Virus record (IMG/VR): IMGVR_UViG_3300028195_000001
Span: 1-64,000 of that record
Source of the DNA: a virus
Length of the DNA: 64,000 nt
Strand: one strand, 5' to 3'
Every line of letters begins with the position of its first letter. The first letter of the stretch is position 1. The notes below the pieces were generated by a model that did no database searches, had not been told where the DNA came from, and was given only the letters and a program-made list of their open reading frames with translations. Of this stretch, positions 25,501-31,807 are shown in pieces. Both the position numbers and the translations under genes were made by a program.

Positions 25501-25756
25501 ACCAGTATATCCTCCGTAATTTACCATACGTATAGACAAAGCACATCTCTCGTAACCACACAATACGAATATCGTATGTACTACTGTGTTGACTTTGTAT
25601 CCAAGTTTCTATAGCACGTTCAGCATCACGTATAGTGAGATAACACAGGTGACAAGAATAAGAAAACCAATCTGCCATTTCCTCCCAGGATGAAAAGTTT
25701 TCATCTCTGTCCTGGCAGATTTTAATGGTCGATAGGTTTAGGTAATAGATGTTCAT
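25493..25756 (-). CDS. ERxIE-motif small protein, array member 4
   Basis: Start moved to MNIYYLNLS (ATGA overlap). TIRDAERAIETWIQSQ ... IRIVW. Confidence 0.55.
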   Translation of the reverse strand: MNIYYLNLSTIKICQDRDENFSSWEEMADWFSYSCHLCYLTIRDAERAIETWIQSQHSSTYDIRIVWLREMCFVYTYGKLRRIYWYG

Positions 25757-26052
25757 ACGTTCTCCCACCCTGCTATGGCGAAAATTCCTACCTCATCCGT
25801 TGATATATAATGTATCATACATACCTGAACTATTTGATTAATGGCAAAAACATCTGGGGTGTGTTTCACCCAGGTTATGCGCCTAACGGTAACATTCCGC
25901 CACGTTTGACACAAACGTTCTACCTTAAGTTCAGCTTCCTGTATGGTAGCATACGACTTAGACTCAATCATGAAGAAACGTTTAGTTTTCTCCAAGTATG
26001 AAAAGTCTAAATTAAGCATATAATCCTTATGTTCAAGGATAACGTATCTCAT
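25753..26052 (-). CDS. ERxIE-motif small protein, array member 3 (divergent)
   Basis: MRYVILEHKD ... TIQEAELKVERLCQTW ... RRITWV. GGAGGAGGT lies directly upstream. Confidence 0.55.
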   Translation of the reverse strand: MRYVILEHKDYMLNLDFSYLEKTKRFFMIESKSYATIQEAELKVERLCQTWRNVTVRRITWVKHTPDVFAINQIVQVCMIHYISTDEVGIFAIAGWENV

Positions 26053-26291
26053 ACCTCCTCCTTATCGTACCATAAACGTATGTATAACTTATTACTGTCT
26101 ATACGACGGACACAACAAACGTTATCCACCCACTCCACCCGGAGGTTCTTAGCCCACTGTTTAGCGTGGTGATGGACTTTTCTTTCTATCCAACGTTCTA
26201 TATCTCGTTGTGTCCAATTAGGAAGGATACGTTTGCGATGTACATCATCGTACAACCCATAAAAAGTCCAGTAAATTCGTCGTTGTTTCAT
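26049..26291 (-). CDS. ERxIE-motif small protein, array member 2
   Basis: QRRIYWTFYG ... TQRDIERWIERKVHHH ... LRVEWVDNVC. Confidence 0.6.
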   Translation of the reverse strand: MKQRRIYWTFYGLYDDVHRKRILPNWTQRDIERWIERKVHHHAKQWAKNLRVEWVDNVCCVRRIDSNKLYIRLWYDKEEV

Positions 26292-26518
26292 GATTCATAC
26301 CATAAAGCTACCCACAACCGACCATCATCCAGATAAACTTCACAACTTGTTTCTGTGTCCCATATAACAGACATACGATCTTTGACTCGATTGGTGAATA
26401 CGATTGCCCATATCTTATCTTCTATAACACGTTGAATTTCTCGTGTAGTAGGTAAATCAGGCGTAGGTTCATAATGTGTATCATTCCCAGATGAACTACA
26501 AAACTTCCAGAGAATCAT
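26288..26518 (-). CDS. ERxIE-motif small protein, array member 1
   Basis: TTREIQRVIEDKIWAI ... MSVIWDTETSC ... LWVALWYES. Confidence 0.55.
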   Translation of the reverse strand: MILWKFCSSSGNDTHYEPTPDLPTTREIQRVIEDKIWAIVFTNRVKDRMSVIWDTETSCEVYLDDGRLWVALWYES

Positions 26519-26519
26519 A

Positions 26520-26873
26520 TTACCCCCTCATATTCTGCGGATACCAAACCATTTCGTATTCACCCCACTTAGTAAGGTTGGGTGAAACACGCTCGAAGTG
26601 AGCTTTTTCATACAGGGCTTGAGCAGGAATGTTACTCTGTACCACATGCAAATGCAATGGTTTGTCATAAGCTATTTGTTTAGCTATGTCCAAAACCATT
26701 GTAGCATAACCTAAACGTTGGTACTCAGAGAATATTTCTAATCCGTGTATCCAAATTCTTGAACCTATTTCTGTTAACCCACAACCACCAACGTATTCAC
26801 TGTTATCATATAGTAAAATAACGTAAGTGTATACACAATGATCGTCTTTCACTACGAAATTCATGTTAATCAT
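26520..26873 (-). CDS. GNAT-family N-acetyltransferase (minimal, 117 aa)
   Basis: Acetyl-CoA motif A-like EYQRLGYATMVLDIAK, and AQALYEKAHFERV (A-x-x-L-Y-x-K-x-x-F). Confidence 0.65.
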   Translation of the reverse strand: MINMNFVVKDDHCVYTYVILLYDNSEYVGGCGLTEIGSRIWIHGLEIFSEYQRLGYATMVLDIAKQIAYDKPLHLHVVQSNIPAQALYEKAHFERVSPNLTKWGEYEMVWYPQNMRG

Positions 26874-26875
26874 GA

Positions 26876-27163
26876 TTAGTCCTTAATCATTAACCTTAGA
26901 TTGCGAAAGGTTCTGGTAGTCATACGAAAACCTAGTTTTTTATACAGGGCAATCGCTGTGTAGTTTGTTACCGATACGTGTAGGTGGTAAGGAGGTGGGA
27001 ACACCTCAAATACCTTATTAAGCATAGCCGTAGCTAAACCCTGACGACGATGTTCAGGACGTACATTGATGCTTTCTATGTACGTACAATCGGGTTGGGG
27101 GTCAACGATTGTTAACCCCTTCCCCTGTACCTTGACGATGGTTGCGTTATGCTTGACGTTCAT
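26876..27163 (-). CDS. GNAT-family N-acetyltransferase (minimal, 95 aa)
   Basis: INVRPEHRRQGLATAMLNKV (V-x-P-x-x-R-x-x-G-h-A) and AIALYKKLGFRM. Confidence 0.7.
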   Translation of the reverse strand: MNVKHNATIVKVQGKGLTIVDPQPDCTYIESINVRPEHRRQGLATAMLNKVFEVFPPPYHLHVSVTNYTAIALYKKLGFRMTTRTFRNLRLMIKD

Positions 27164-27183
27164 CAGAACGTACCAGTAAGGGA

Positions 27184-27267
27184 TTACTTCTTATTCATGT
27201 AGGCGATGAACATCAAGAACAAGAGGAACATCCCGATCAGGATTAATTCGTTGGTTGTAATGGGCAT
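27184..27267 (-). CDS. possible 27-aa hydrophobic miniprotein
   Basis: My own translation is MPITTNELILIGMFLLFLMFIAYMNKK. It starts 1 nt after the upstream TAA and fills the 27164-27268 gap. Confidence 0.35.
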   Translation of the reverse strand: MPITTNELILIGMFLLFLMFIAYMNKK

Positions 27268-27268
27268 A

Positions 27269-27535
27269 TTAGCCCTCCATTAACTCAAATGCTTTTTGTC
27301 GGACTGATACATCTCTGGGTAAACGTTCTGCCGCAGCTTCGTCGTACCCAGTAGTAACAGCAATGGTTGGGGGCATACAGACACAGAAGGATGGATAAGA
27401 CCTTGCTTCCTGTGTTGCTGTGTGCCAGTCGGTGATTAACAACCCATGTATCTGTTTGGGTGTAATCTTAAAGTATCGGCAATCGGTGTGGTTACGAGAA
27501 TGTTTGATTACCAGGACAATGATGTGTGTTCTCAT
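27269..27535 (-). CDS. hypothetical protein
   Basis: 88-aa track ORF with an ATGA-type overlap upstream. Confidence 0.5.
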   Translation of the reverse strand: MRTHIIVLVIKHSRNHTDCRYFKITPKQIHGLLITDWHTATQEARSYPSFCVCMPPTIAVTTGYDEAAAERLPRDVSVRQKAFELMEG

Positions 27536-27903
27536 AGGTAAGTTTTCTCGTTGTAAATGAATTTATCCCAGGTATACCGGGGGATGTTAACACCGTTAGA
27601 AATCAAAACGCTATAGGTTGCCCCATAACGTGCGCCACCTAGTGGGAAGGAACGTTCCTCTGTGATTTGCACACCTTCACGTTGGTAGCAAACGTGCCGG
27701 TTTTGATCGAGAAATACTTGAGCAACCAACACCCAATCATGTTCCAGTTCGTACCAACCAACGATCTCGATAACGTTTTCTTCTTTGTGGTATTGACCGG
27801 TGAGAAAAGTAACATTTTCATCGGTAGCATGATTAGCAACCATGTCCAGAACGTTCTGAATAAGACGTACATCTGATGGCTGTGATTTAGTTGATATTGG
27901 CAT
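27532..27903 (-). CDS. hypothetical protein; homologous to the N-terminal half of 28238..28777
   Basis: GVNIPRYTWDKF versus GVLIPQLTWDLF, and IVGWYELEHDWVLVAQVFLDQNRHVCY versus LTGWDADFEDEYPFLYFVNEDGTFMYH. GGAGGA SD. Confidence 0.55.
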   Translation of the reverse strand: MPISTKSQPSDVRLIQNVLDMVANHATDENVTFLTGQYHKEENVIEIVGWYELEHDWVLVAQVFLDQNRHVCYQREGVQITEERSFPLGGARYGATYSVLISNGVNIPRYTWDKFIYNEKTYL

Positions 27904-27905
27904 TT

Positions 27906-28241
27906 TTATTCCTCCAATACATTGCTGATACGAATAACGTTAAACTCAATTGTACCTAAACGTGGCTCTCTACCCCACGTACCGACATTGAACATCTGCA
28001 AGGCATGGTAGAAGGTATCAACAGTTGAGTACGATGTGACCAATTCGTCTGTACCAACCTTATAAACGTTGACCGTACCATCTTCCTGCAAGAAAACGTC
28101 ATACTTTACCGCAATGTGAAACGGTGTGTATAACCCTAGAAAACCCGCCCAACCATTACCTATTACAGAGAAACACGATTCTTCATGAGCAAAGAAATCA
28201 GGCAGGTTATTGAACGTTAAGCTGTCCTCAATAAAAGTCAT
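27906..28241 (-). CDS. hypothetical protein; resembles the C-terminal half of 28238..28777
   Basis: SLTFNNLPDFF..GFLGLY..DGTVNVYKVG..STVDTFYHAL versus AVTFPLPDNMV..GVLGIV..YGSVVFYFEG..STQSFDNYCA. Confidence 0.5.
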   Translation of the reverse strand: MTFIEDSLTFNNLPDFFAHEESCFSVIGNGWAGFLGLYTPFHIAVKYDVFLQEDGTVNVYKVGTDELVTSYSTVDTFYHALQMFNVGTWGREPRLGTIEFNVIRISNVLEE

Positions 28242-28777
28242 GAGAAGATAACCTCTATGCCATGCTTAGCACAATAATTGTCAAAAGACTGGGTGGACAT
28301 GAACGTTGTAGAATGATGTCCCTCAAAGTAGAATACGACACTACCGTAATCGTCGCGTTTACCTTGTAGTTTACCATAGAACTTACCTTTGTCAACGATA
28401 CCCAATACTCCGACGGTATCACTCGTCCATACCATGCGAACAGGCCAATCGCTCTCAACCATGTTGTCAGGTAAGGGAAAGGTTACGGCTAATGCTAGGT
28501 CGGAGAATAAGTCCCAAGTAAGCTGCGGGATAAGTACCCCGGCTAACCGCATCGTTTCCCAACTCAGTTCGATAACCTTTGCCTCTGCAATGTAGCCTAT
28601 TCCGTGATAGTGGTACATGAATGTACCATCTTCGTTCACGAAGTACAGGAAGGGGTACTCATCTTCAAAATCAGCGTCCCACCCTGTAAGGACAAGGGTA
28701 TGGCTATCTTGGTCAAGGTATGCCCTAACGTATAGCAGGTTATGTGCTTCTGCTTTTCGTAACAGGTGTTCTAACAT
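28238..28777 (-). CDS. hypothetical protein (fused counterpart of the 27532/27906 gene pair)
   Basis: Track ORF 28238..28951. Start moved to MLEHLLRKAE (ATG 28775-28777, AAAGGAAA upstream), because the track N-terminus overlaps 28740..29213. Confidence 0.5.
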   Translation of the reverse strand: MLEHLLRKAEAHNLLYVRAYLDQDSHTLVLTGWDADFEDEYPFLYFVNEDGTFMYHYHGIGYIAEAKVIELSWETMRLAGVLIPQLTWDLFSDLALAVTFPLPDNMVESDWPVRMVWTSDTVGVLGIVDKGKFYGKLQGKRDDYGSVVFYFEGHHSTTFMSTQSFDNYCAKHGIEVIFS

Positions 28778-29213
28778 AACGTTTCCTTTCTTGGTAATCT
28801 TTTTCGCTGGTAAATCCAGCCTTGATACGTAGTTGCATTGCTGTGTGCGAGTAATAATTAGCATCAGCCGCAGCCCGGATGCTACTGTATTGTACACCAT
28901 TCCAGGTACAAGGTATAGACCTATCTCCCCTGTCTGGTACATCTTCATCACAGGTATACCCTGCTTGTATCCTATTCCATAACGTACCCGGTAAAATGCC
29001 TAATGTTATCGCGGCTTGCCGAATACTAGGGTAGGTCACATCATTCCAGGTACATTCGATAGCACTACCGGGCAATCGGGTATCAGCATCACAAACGTAC
29101 CCCCTACGTAGATGACGTTGGAAGGTATGAATATTATACCCATTAGCTTCCGCAGCACCTACTACTGATGGATAGGTTGTACCATTCCAGGTACATAGTT
29201 TAGTGTTGGGCAT
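28740..29213 (-). CDS. DNA-binding protein candidate with three tandem NUMOD1/HTH-like repeats
   Basis: Start at ATG 29211-29213 (GGAAGGA upstream). Three units of about 47 aa: CTWNGTTYPSVVGAAEANGYNIHTFQRHLRRGY, CTWNDVTYPSIRQAAITLGILPGTLWNRIQAGY, CTWNGVQYSSIRAAADANYYSHTAMQLRIKAGF. Confidence 0.55.
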   Translation of the reverse strand: MPNTKLCTWNGTTYPSVVGAAEANGYNIHTFQRHLRRGYVCDADTRLPGSAIECTWNDVTYPSIRQAAITLGILPGTLWNRIQAGYTCDEDVPDRGDRSIPCTWNGVQYSSIRAAADANYYSHTAMQLRIKAGFTSEKDYQERKRYVRTPVTKSRST

Positions 29214-29247
29214 GTTATCCTTCCTATAATTGTTACCAGGACAGTAT

Positions 29248-29271
29248 GTACCTAAGCCACCTCTTAGGTAC
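29248..29271 (-). other. hairpin without a U-tract, downstream of the cold-shock-like gene
   Basis: gtacctaag (29248-29256) / cttaggtac (29263-29271), 9-bp stem with a 6-nt loop. Confidence 0.45.
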
Positions 29272-29290
29272 ACACAAGCCCGATGACAAT

Positions 29291-29497
29291 CTATGTAAGA
29301 GAAACATTACGGGCTACGAAACCTTTGTCGGTGATTTCTACCTCAAACAATACCTTCGTACCAAAGGTGATATTGTCAGGCAGAGGGAAATTCCAGATAA
29401 CAGTGTCGTAACCTACTCCGTCACCTTCAATGATAGCGTATTTCCCAGGTTCACTAATGTAACGAACTGTACCTTGAATCTTTTGATTTTTGTTCAT
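29291..29497 (-). CDS. cold-shock-domain/OB-fold-like small protein
   Basis: Start moved to MNKNQKIQGTVRY (GGAGGT 4 nt upstream). GTVRYISEPGKYAIIEGDG..DTVIWNF...GTKVLFEVEITDKGFVARNV follows the CspA layout (G-x-V-x-h-h...G-h-h...V-x-F-x-h...G-x-x-A-x-N-V). Confidence 0.5.
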   Translation of the reverse strand: MNKNQKIQGTVRYISEPGKYAIIEGDGVGYDTVIWNFPLPDNITFGTKVLFEVEITDKGFVARNVSLT

Positions 29498-29515
29498 TGT
29501 TACCTCCATAAAATA

Positions 29516-29540
29516 GGGCAATCCTCTTTGTTTTCTACCC
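29516..29540 (-). repeat. GGCAATCC..GTTTTCTACC repeat, isolated copy A
   Basis: gggcaatcctctttgttttctaccc lies between the stop of 29535..29831 and the SD of 29291..29497, and is preceded by an A-run. Confidence 0.8.
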
Positions 29541-29831
29541 GGTAGTGTGCTGTTGATAACGTACCTCGTTACCTTCCAACAATGCCAGAACTTTGTTAGT
29601 ATCTAGCAAACGTAACTTGTGATGCTTCTCACCTTTCATGAAAGGGCTGTTAAGATGATACCCCATCGTTTGCCAATTGAACAAGGTGCAAACGTGCTTA
29701 CCAGCTTGATCGAACAAAGTGAAGGAATGGAATGTACCTTTATCCCACACTGTATCATAGGTGTAAGCTGCATCAAAGAAAGGTTGGAGTATGACCTGAT
29801 AAACAAAGGGTAATCTGAGTGTTTCAAACAT
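29535..29831 (-). CDS. hypothetical protein
   Basis: 98-aa track ORF. Confidence 0.5.
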   Translation of the reverse strand: MFETLRLPFVYQVILQPFFDAAYTYDTVWDKGTFHSFTLFDQAGKHVCTLFNWQTMGYHLNSPFMKGEKHHKLRLLDTNKVLALLEGNEVRYQQHTTG

Positions 29832-29866
29832 GCTAACCTACTTTCGTAAAGATAAGGGTTAAAAAA

Positions 29867-30044
29867 GGGGCAATCCCGCTGTTTTCTACCTCTGTAAAAA
29901 AGGGGCAATCCGACCTTAAAAAAAAGGGGCAATCCGACTGTTTTACCGCGCCCCTAAAAGAGGCCAATCCGGTCAAAATTCAGACGAGAGATTACCCCTA
30001 AGTTAAAGCAACTGTCAGGAAGGCCAATCCCGCTGTTTTTCACC
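29867..30044 (-). repeat. cluster of five direct GG(G/C)CAATCC(N2-3)CTGTTTT(C)(T)ACC repeats in a 208-bp non-coding gap
   Basis: Copies start at 29867, 29902 (truncated), 29926, 29962 (variant) and 30022. All are in the same orientation and each is preceded by A4-8. Spacing is 35/24/36/60 bp. Confidence 0.85.
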
Positions 30045-30810
30045 AAACAAATTGCACCCAATCCAACGTTTGGACGTTCCAGTGATCGAGAACTTGCAGC
30101 AATCGTTCCGGGTTCAAAGACCGTAACGTATGGCCTTTAGAATTATCCTCTGGATGGTAAAAGCGGGTAGCCTTAATATCGGTATGGTTATCCCGGTCAA
30201 CTAACTCCACACAGGTGAGGATATGCCATTCACCTTCTGCCTCAGCTTCCAGATAACCTTGCCCGGAAAGCTCAGTAACAAAGCGCATCTTCAAAGGGTT
30301 AACAATTGCCGGGTAAAAGACCTTGACCAAATACTCAATATCATCGCGGTAAACCGCCCCGCTGGTGAGCCTTACCAAGTCACTTACAATCTTGTTACGT
30401 TGCCGATTAGCTTCTGCCCAGTGAATGCTTCGGGTCTGCCGGGTTTTCCAGGTATAGTGAACGTCCCAGATCAAGAAAATCGGGTTAAGCTGCCAGGGAA
30501 CGTTTTTATATACCCAGAACGCTTTTTGTAAATCTGAGAAGATACGTTCCAACCAAATCGAGTAATCAATCTTACGATTATGTCGCCAGAACGTATAGCG
30601 TGACTGAACCTGGAAGGCCGGTTGTCCTAACAATTTTCCCACGATCTTAATGACCGTTTCTTCCAGGTGATGCCCAACGTTTGCGACAACGTGACGACAG
30701 TGTTGGTACAGGGGAATGTTGAGAACACGGCCTATAACACCGGAAATAAGCCAGCCTAACAAGCAGTAAAACATAATCCACAACGTGTGATACAGTGTAT
30801 CTTGAGACAT
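30040..30810 (-). CDS. hypothetical membrane-anchored protein (first gene of the leftward arm)
   Basis: Track ORF to 30846 starts at TTG; ATG 30808-30810 (MSQDTLYHTLWIMFYCLLGWLISGVIG) is preferred. One N-terminal TM segment. Confidence 0.5.
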   Translation of the reverse strand: MSQDTLYHTLWIMFYCLLGWLISGVIGRVLNIPLYQHCRHVVANVGHHLEETVIKIVGKLLGQPAFQVQSRYTFWRHNRKIDYSIWLERIFSDLQKAFWVYKNVPWQLNPIFLIWDVHYTWKTRQTRSIHWAEANRQRNKIVSDLVRLTSGAVYRDDIEYLVKVFYPAIVNPLKMRFVTELSGQGYLEAEAEGEWHILTCVELVDRDNHTDIKATRFYHPEDNSKGHTLRSLNPERLLQVLDHWNVQTLDWVQFVW

Positions 30811-31040
30811 TATATTACCTTTCTGCTCCGCAGAGCAATTAGACAAGGTTTTTTATACTTTTTTTCCCTGTGTATACAGGGAGGTTAAATTACCTTGTCA
30901 GGGATACCTGATTAGAGAGTGGTTACAGCGTTACAACAGTGTTGGTACAGCGTAGGTACGGTGTGAAAACAAAGTAACCATGTTTATAACTGGTAACGTT
31001 GTCATTACAGGCAAAAGGTCAGACTCGCTCTCCACCCACA

Positions 31041-31069
31041 ATTTTACTACGATTCCTATCAAAATGCAA
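31041..31069 (-). promoter_or_regulatory. candidate leftward promoter at the left edge of the iterons (TTGCAT-N17-TAAAAT)
   Basis: Minus strand: TTGCAT 31064-31069, 17-nt spacer, TAAAAT 31041-31046. The -35 is weak. Confidence 0.3.
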
Positions 31070-31073
31070 GTTT

Positions 31074-31297
31074 TTTCACGTTTTGCAAGAAATTTCACGT
31101 TTTTTGACTAAAAACCCTAAAATTTCACGTTTTTTCCCAGAAATTTCATGAATTTTCACGTTTTTTCCCAGAAATTTCACGTTTTTTCATGGATTCATGA
31201 ATAATGTATATTTCACGAATTCTCCCCAAAACCCCATTTTTTTCTCTTTTTTTTCCGCACGATTTTTTTTCCTCAAAAATTCACGTTCTTTTTCACG
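31074..31297 (+). repeat. iteron array: nine same-orientation TT(T)CACG(T/A)T-rich repeats
   Basis: tttcacg at 31074, 31093, 31123, 31154, 31175, 31211 and 31291, plus variants at 31255 and 31280. Most are followed by T5-8. A 30/31-bp unit cacgttttttcccagaaatttca is nested twice. Confidence 0.85.
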
Positions 31298-31559
31298 ATT
31301 TTTTTCCTCCCACTGTGGAGTGTAACGTTGGCTGTAACGTTTGGGTCTTGACTACACGAAAAGCTATTAACGATGTACATACTAGAACAGATGGGCTACC
31401 CAGGGGCGGATTCTTGACTATAGGAAAAATGACCTGGAAAACGTGTAATAGACTATAGACATAGTAATTACAGTGTACTATTACATACCTATGCTATATA
31501 TGCATATAGGGGTTACATGAAGTGTAGGACAATTTGTGGGGTTTTGCCCTACTCAACTC

Positions 31560-31587
31560 AGTATACGGAATCGCTGAATCTTGTCAA
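31560..31587 (-). promoter_or_regulatory. leftward sigma70-type promoter (TTGACA-N16-TATACT) with no ORF downstream
   Basis: Minus strand: TTGACA 31582-31587, 16-nt spacer, TATACT 31560-31565. It points at the iterons, about 250 nt away. Confidence 0.5.
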
Positions 31588-31734
31588 GTTTTTGACTCTT
31601 TGGCTGAGTCCGCCAGGTGGACGCTTTTGTGCATGTTGCACAAATTGACTAATTCCGCCTTGAGTAAAAAAAAAGCCGCTATTGTGCAAAATGTACGAAT
31701 CGTGGGAATCTTAAAAATTGGTCGCTCAAAACGC

Positions 31735-31764
31735 TTGACTCGGTTTCAAATTTCATGGTATAGT
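31735..31764 (+). promoter_or_regulatory. rightward promoter (TTGACT-N18-TGgTATAGT)
   Basis: TTGACT 31735-31740, 18-nt spacer, TATAGT 31759-31764, preceded by TGG. Confidence 0.5.
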
Positions 31765-31807
31765 GTTATCAATGACCGAGAAACATCAAACAAAAACAGA
31801 GGATAAA

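Noticed and set aside
29636-29932. 98-aa minus ORF overlapping 29535..29831 and the repeat cluster
   Set aside because: It runs through the GGCAATCC repeats in a different frame from the better-placed 29535..29831 ORF, and it has no SD.
30866-30901. Promoter or terminator call around the CCCTGT-GTAT-ACAGGG dyad upstream of gene 30810
   Set aside because: CTGACA is 19 nt from TATACA, and the alternative hexamers are poor. The hairpin has the T-run on the wrong side to terminate either strand. It is left unannotated as an unexplained dyad.
29867-31297. Possibility that the GGCAATCC cluster or the TTTCACG array is a CRISPR array
   Set aside because: The repeats are 7-24 bp long with irregular 12-60 bp spacing. 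There are no unique spacers of constant size, no leader or cas genes, and the repeat copies are degenerate.
31204-31458. 84-aa + strand ORF across the right half of the iteron array
   Set aside because: Its Phe/Ser/Pro-rich sequence is simply the T-runs translated. It has no SD, and it lies in a repeat-structured non-coding region.
31534-31806. 90-aa + strand ORF (TTG start) in the control region
   Set aside because: It has no SD, and it spans both the leftward 31560-31587 promoter and the rightward 31735-31764 promoter. No motif is present. This is kept only as a weak possibility, because a small regulator here cannot be excluded without expression data.
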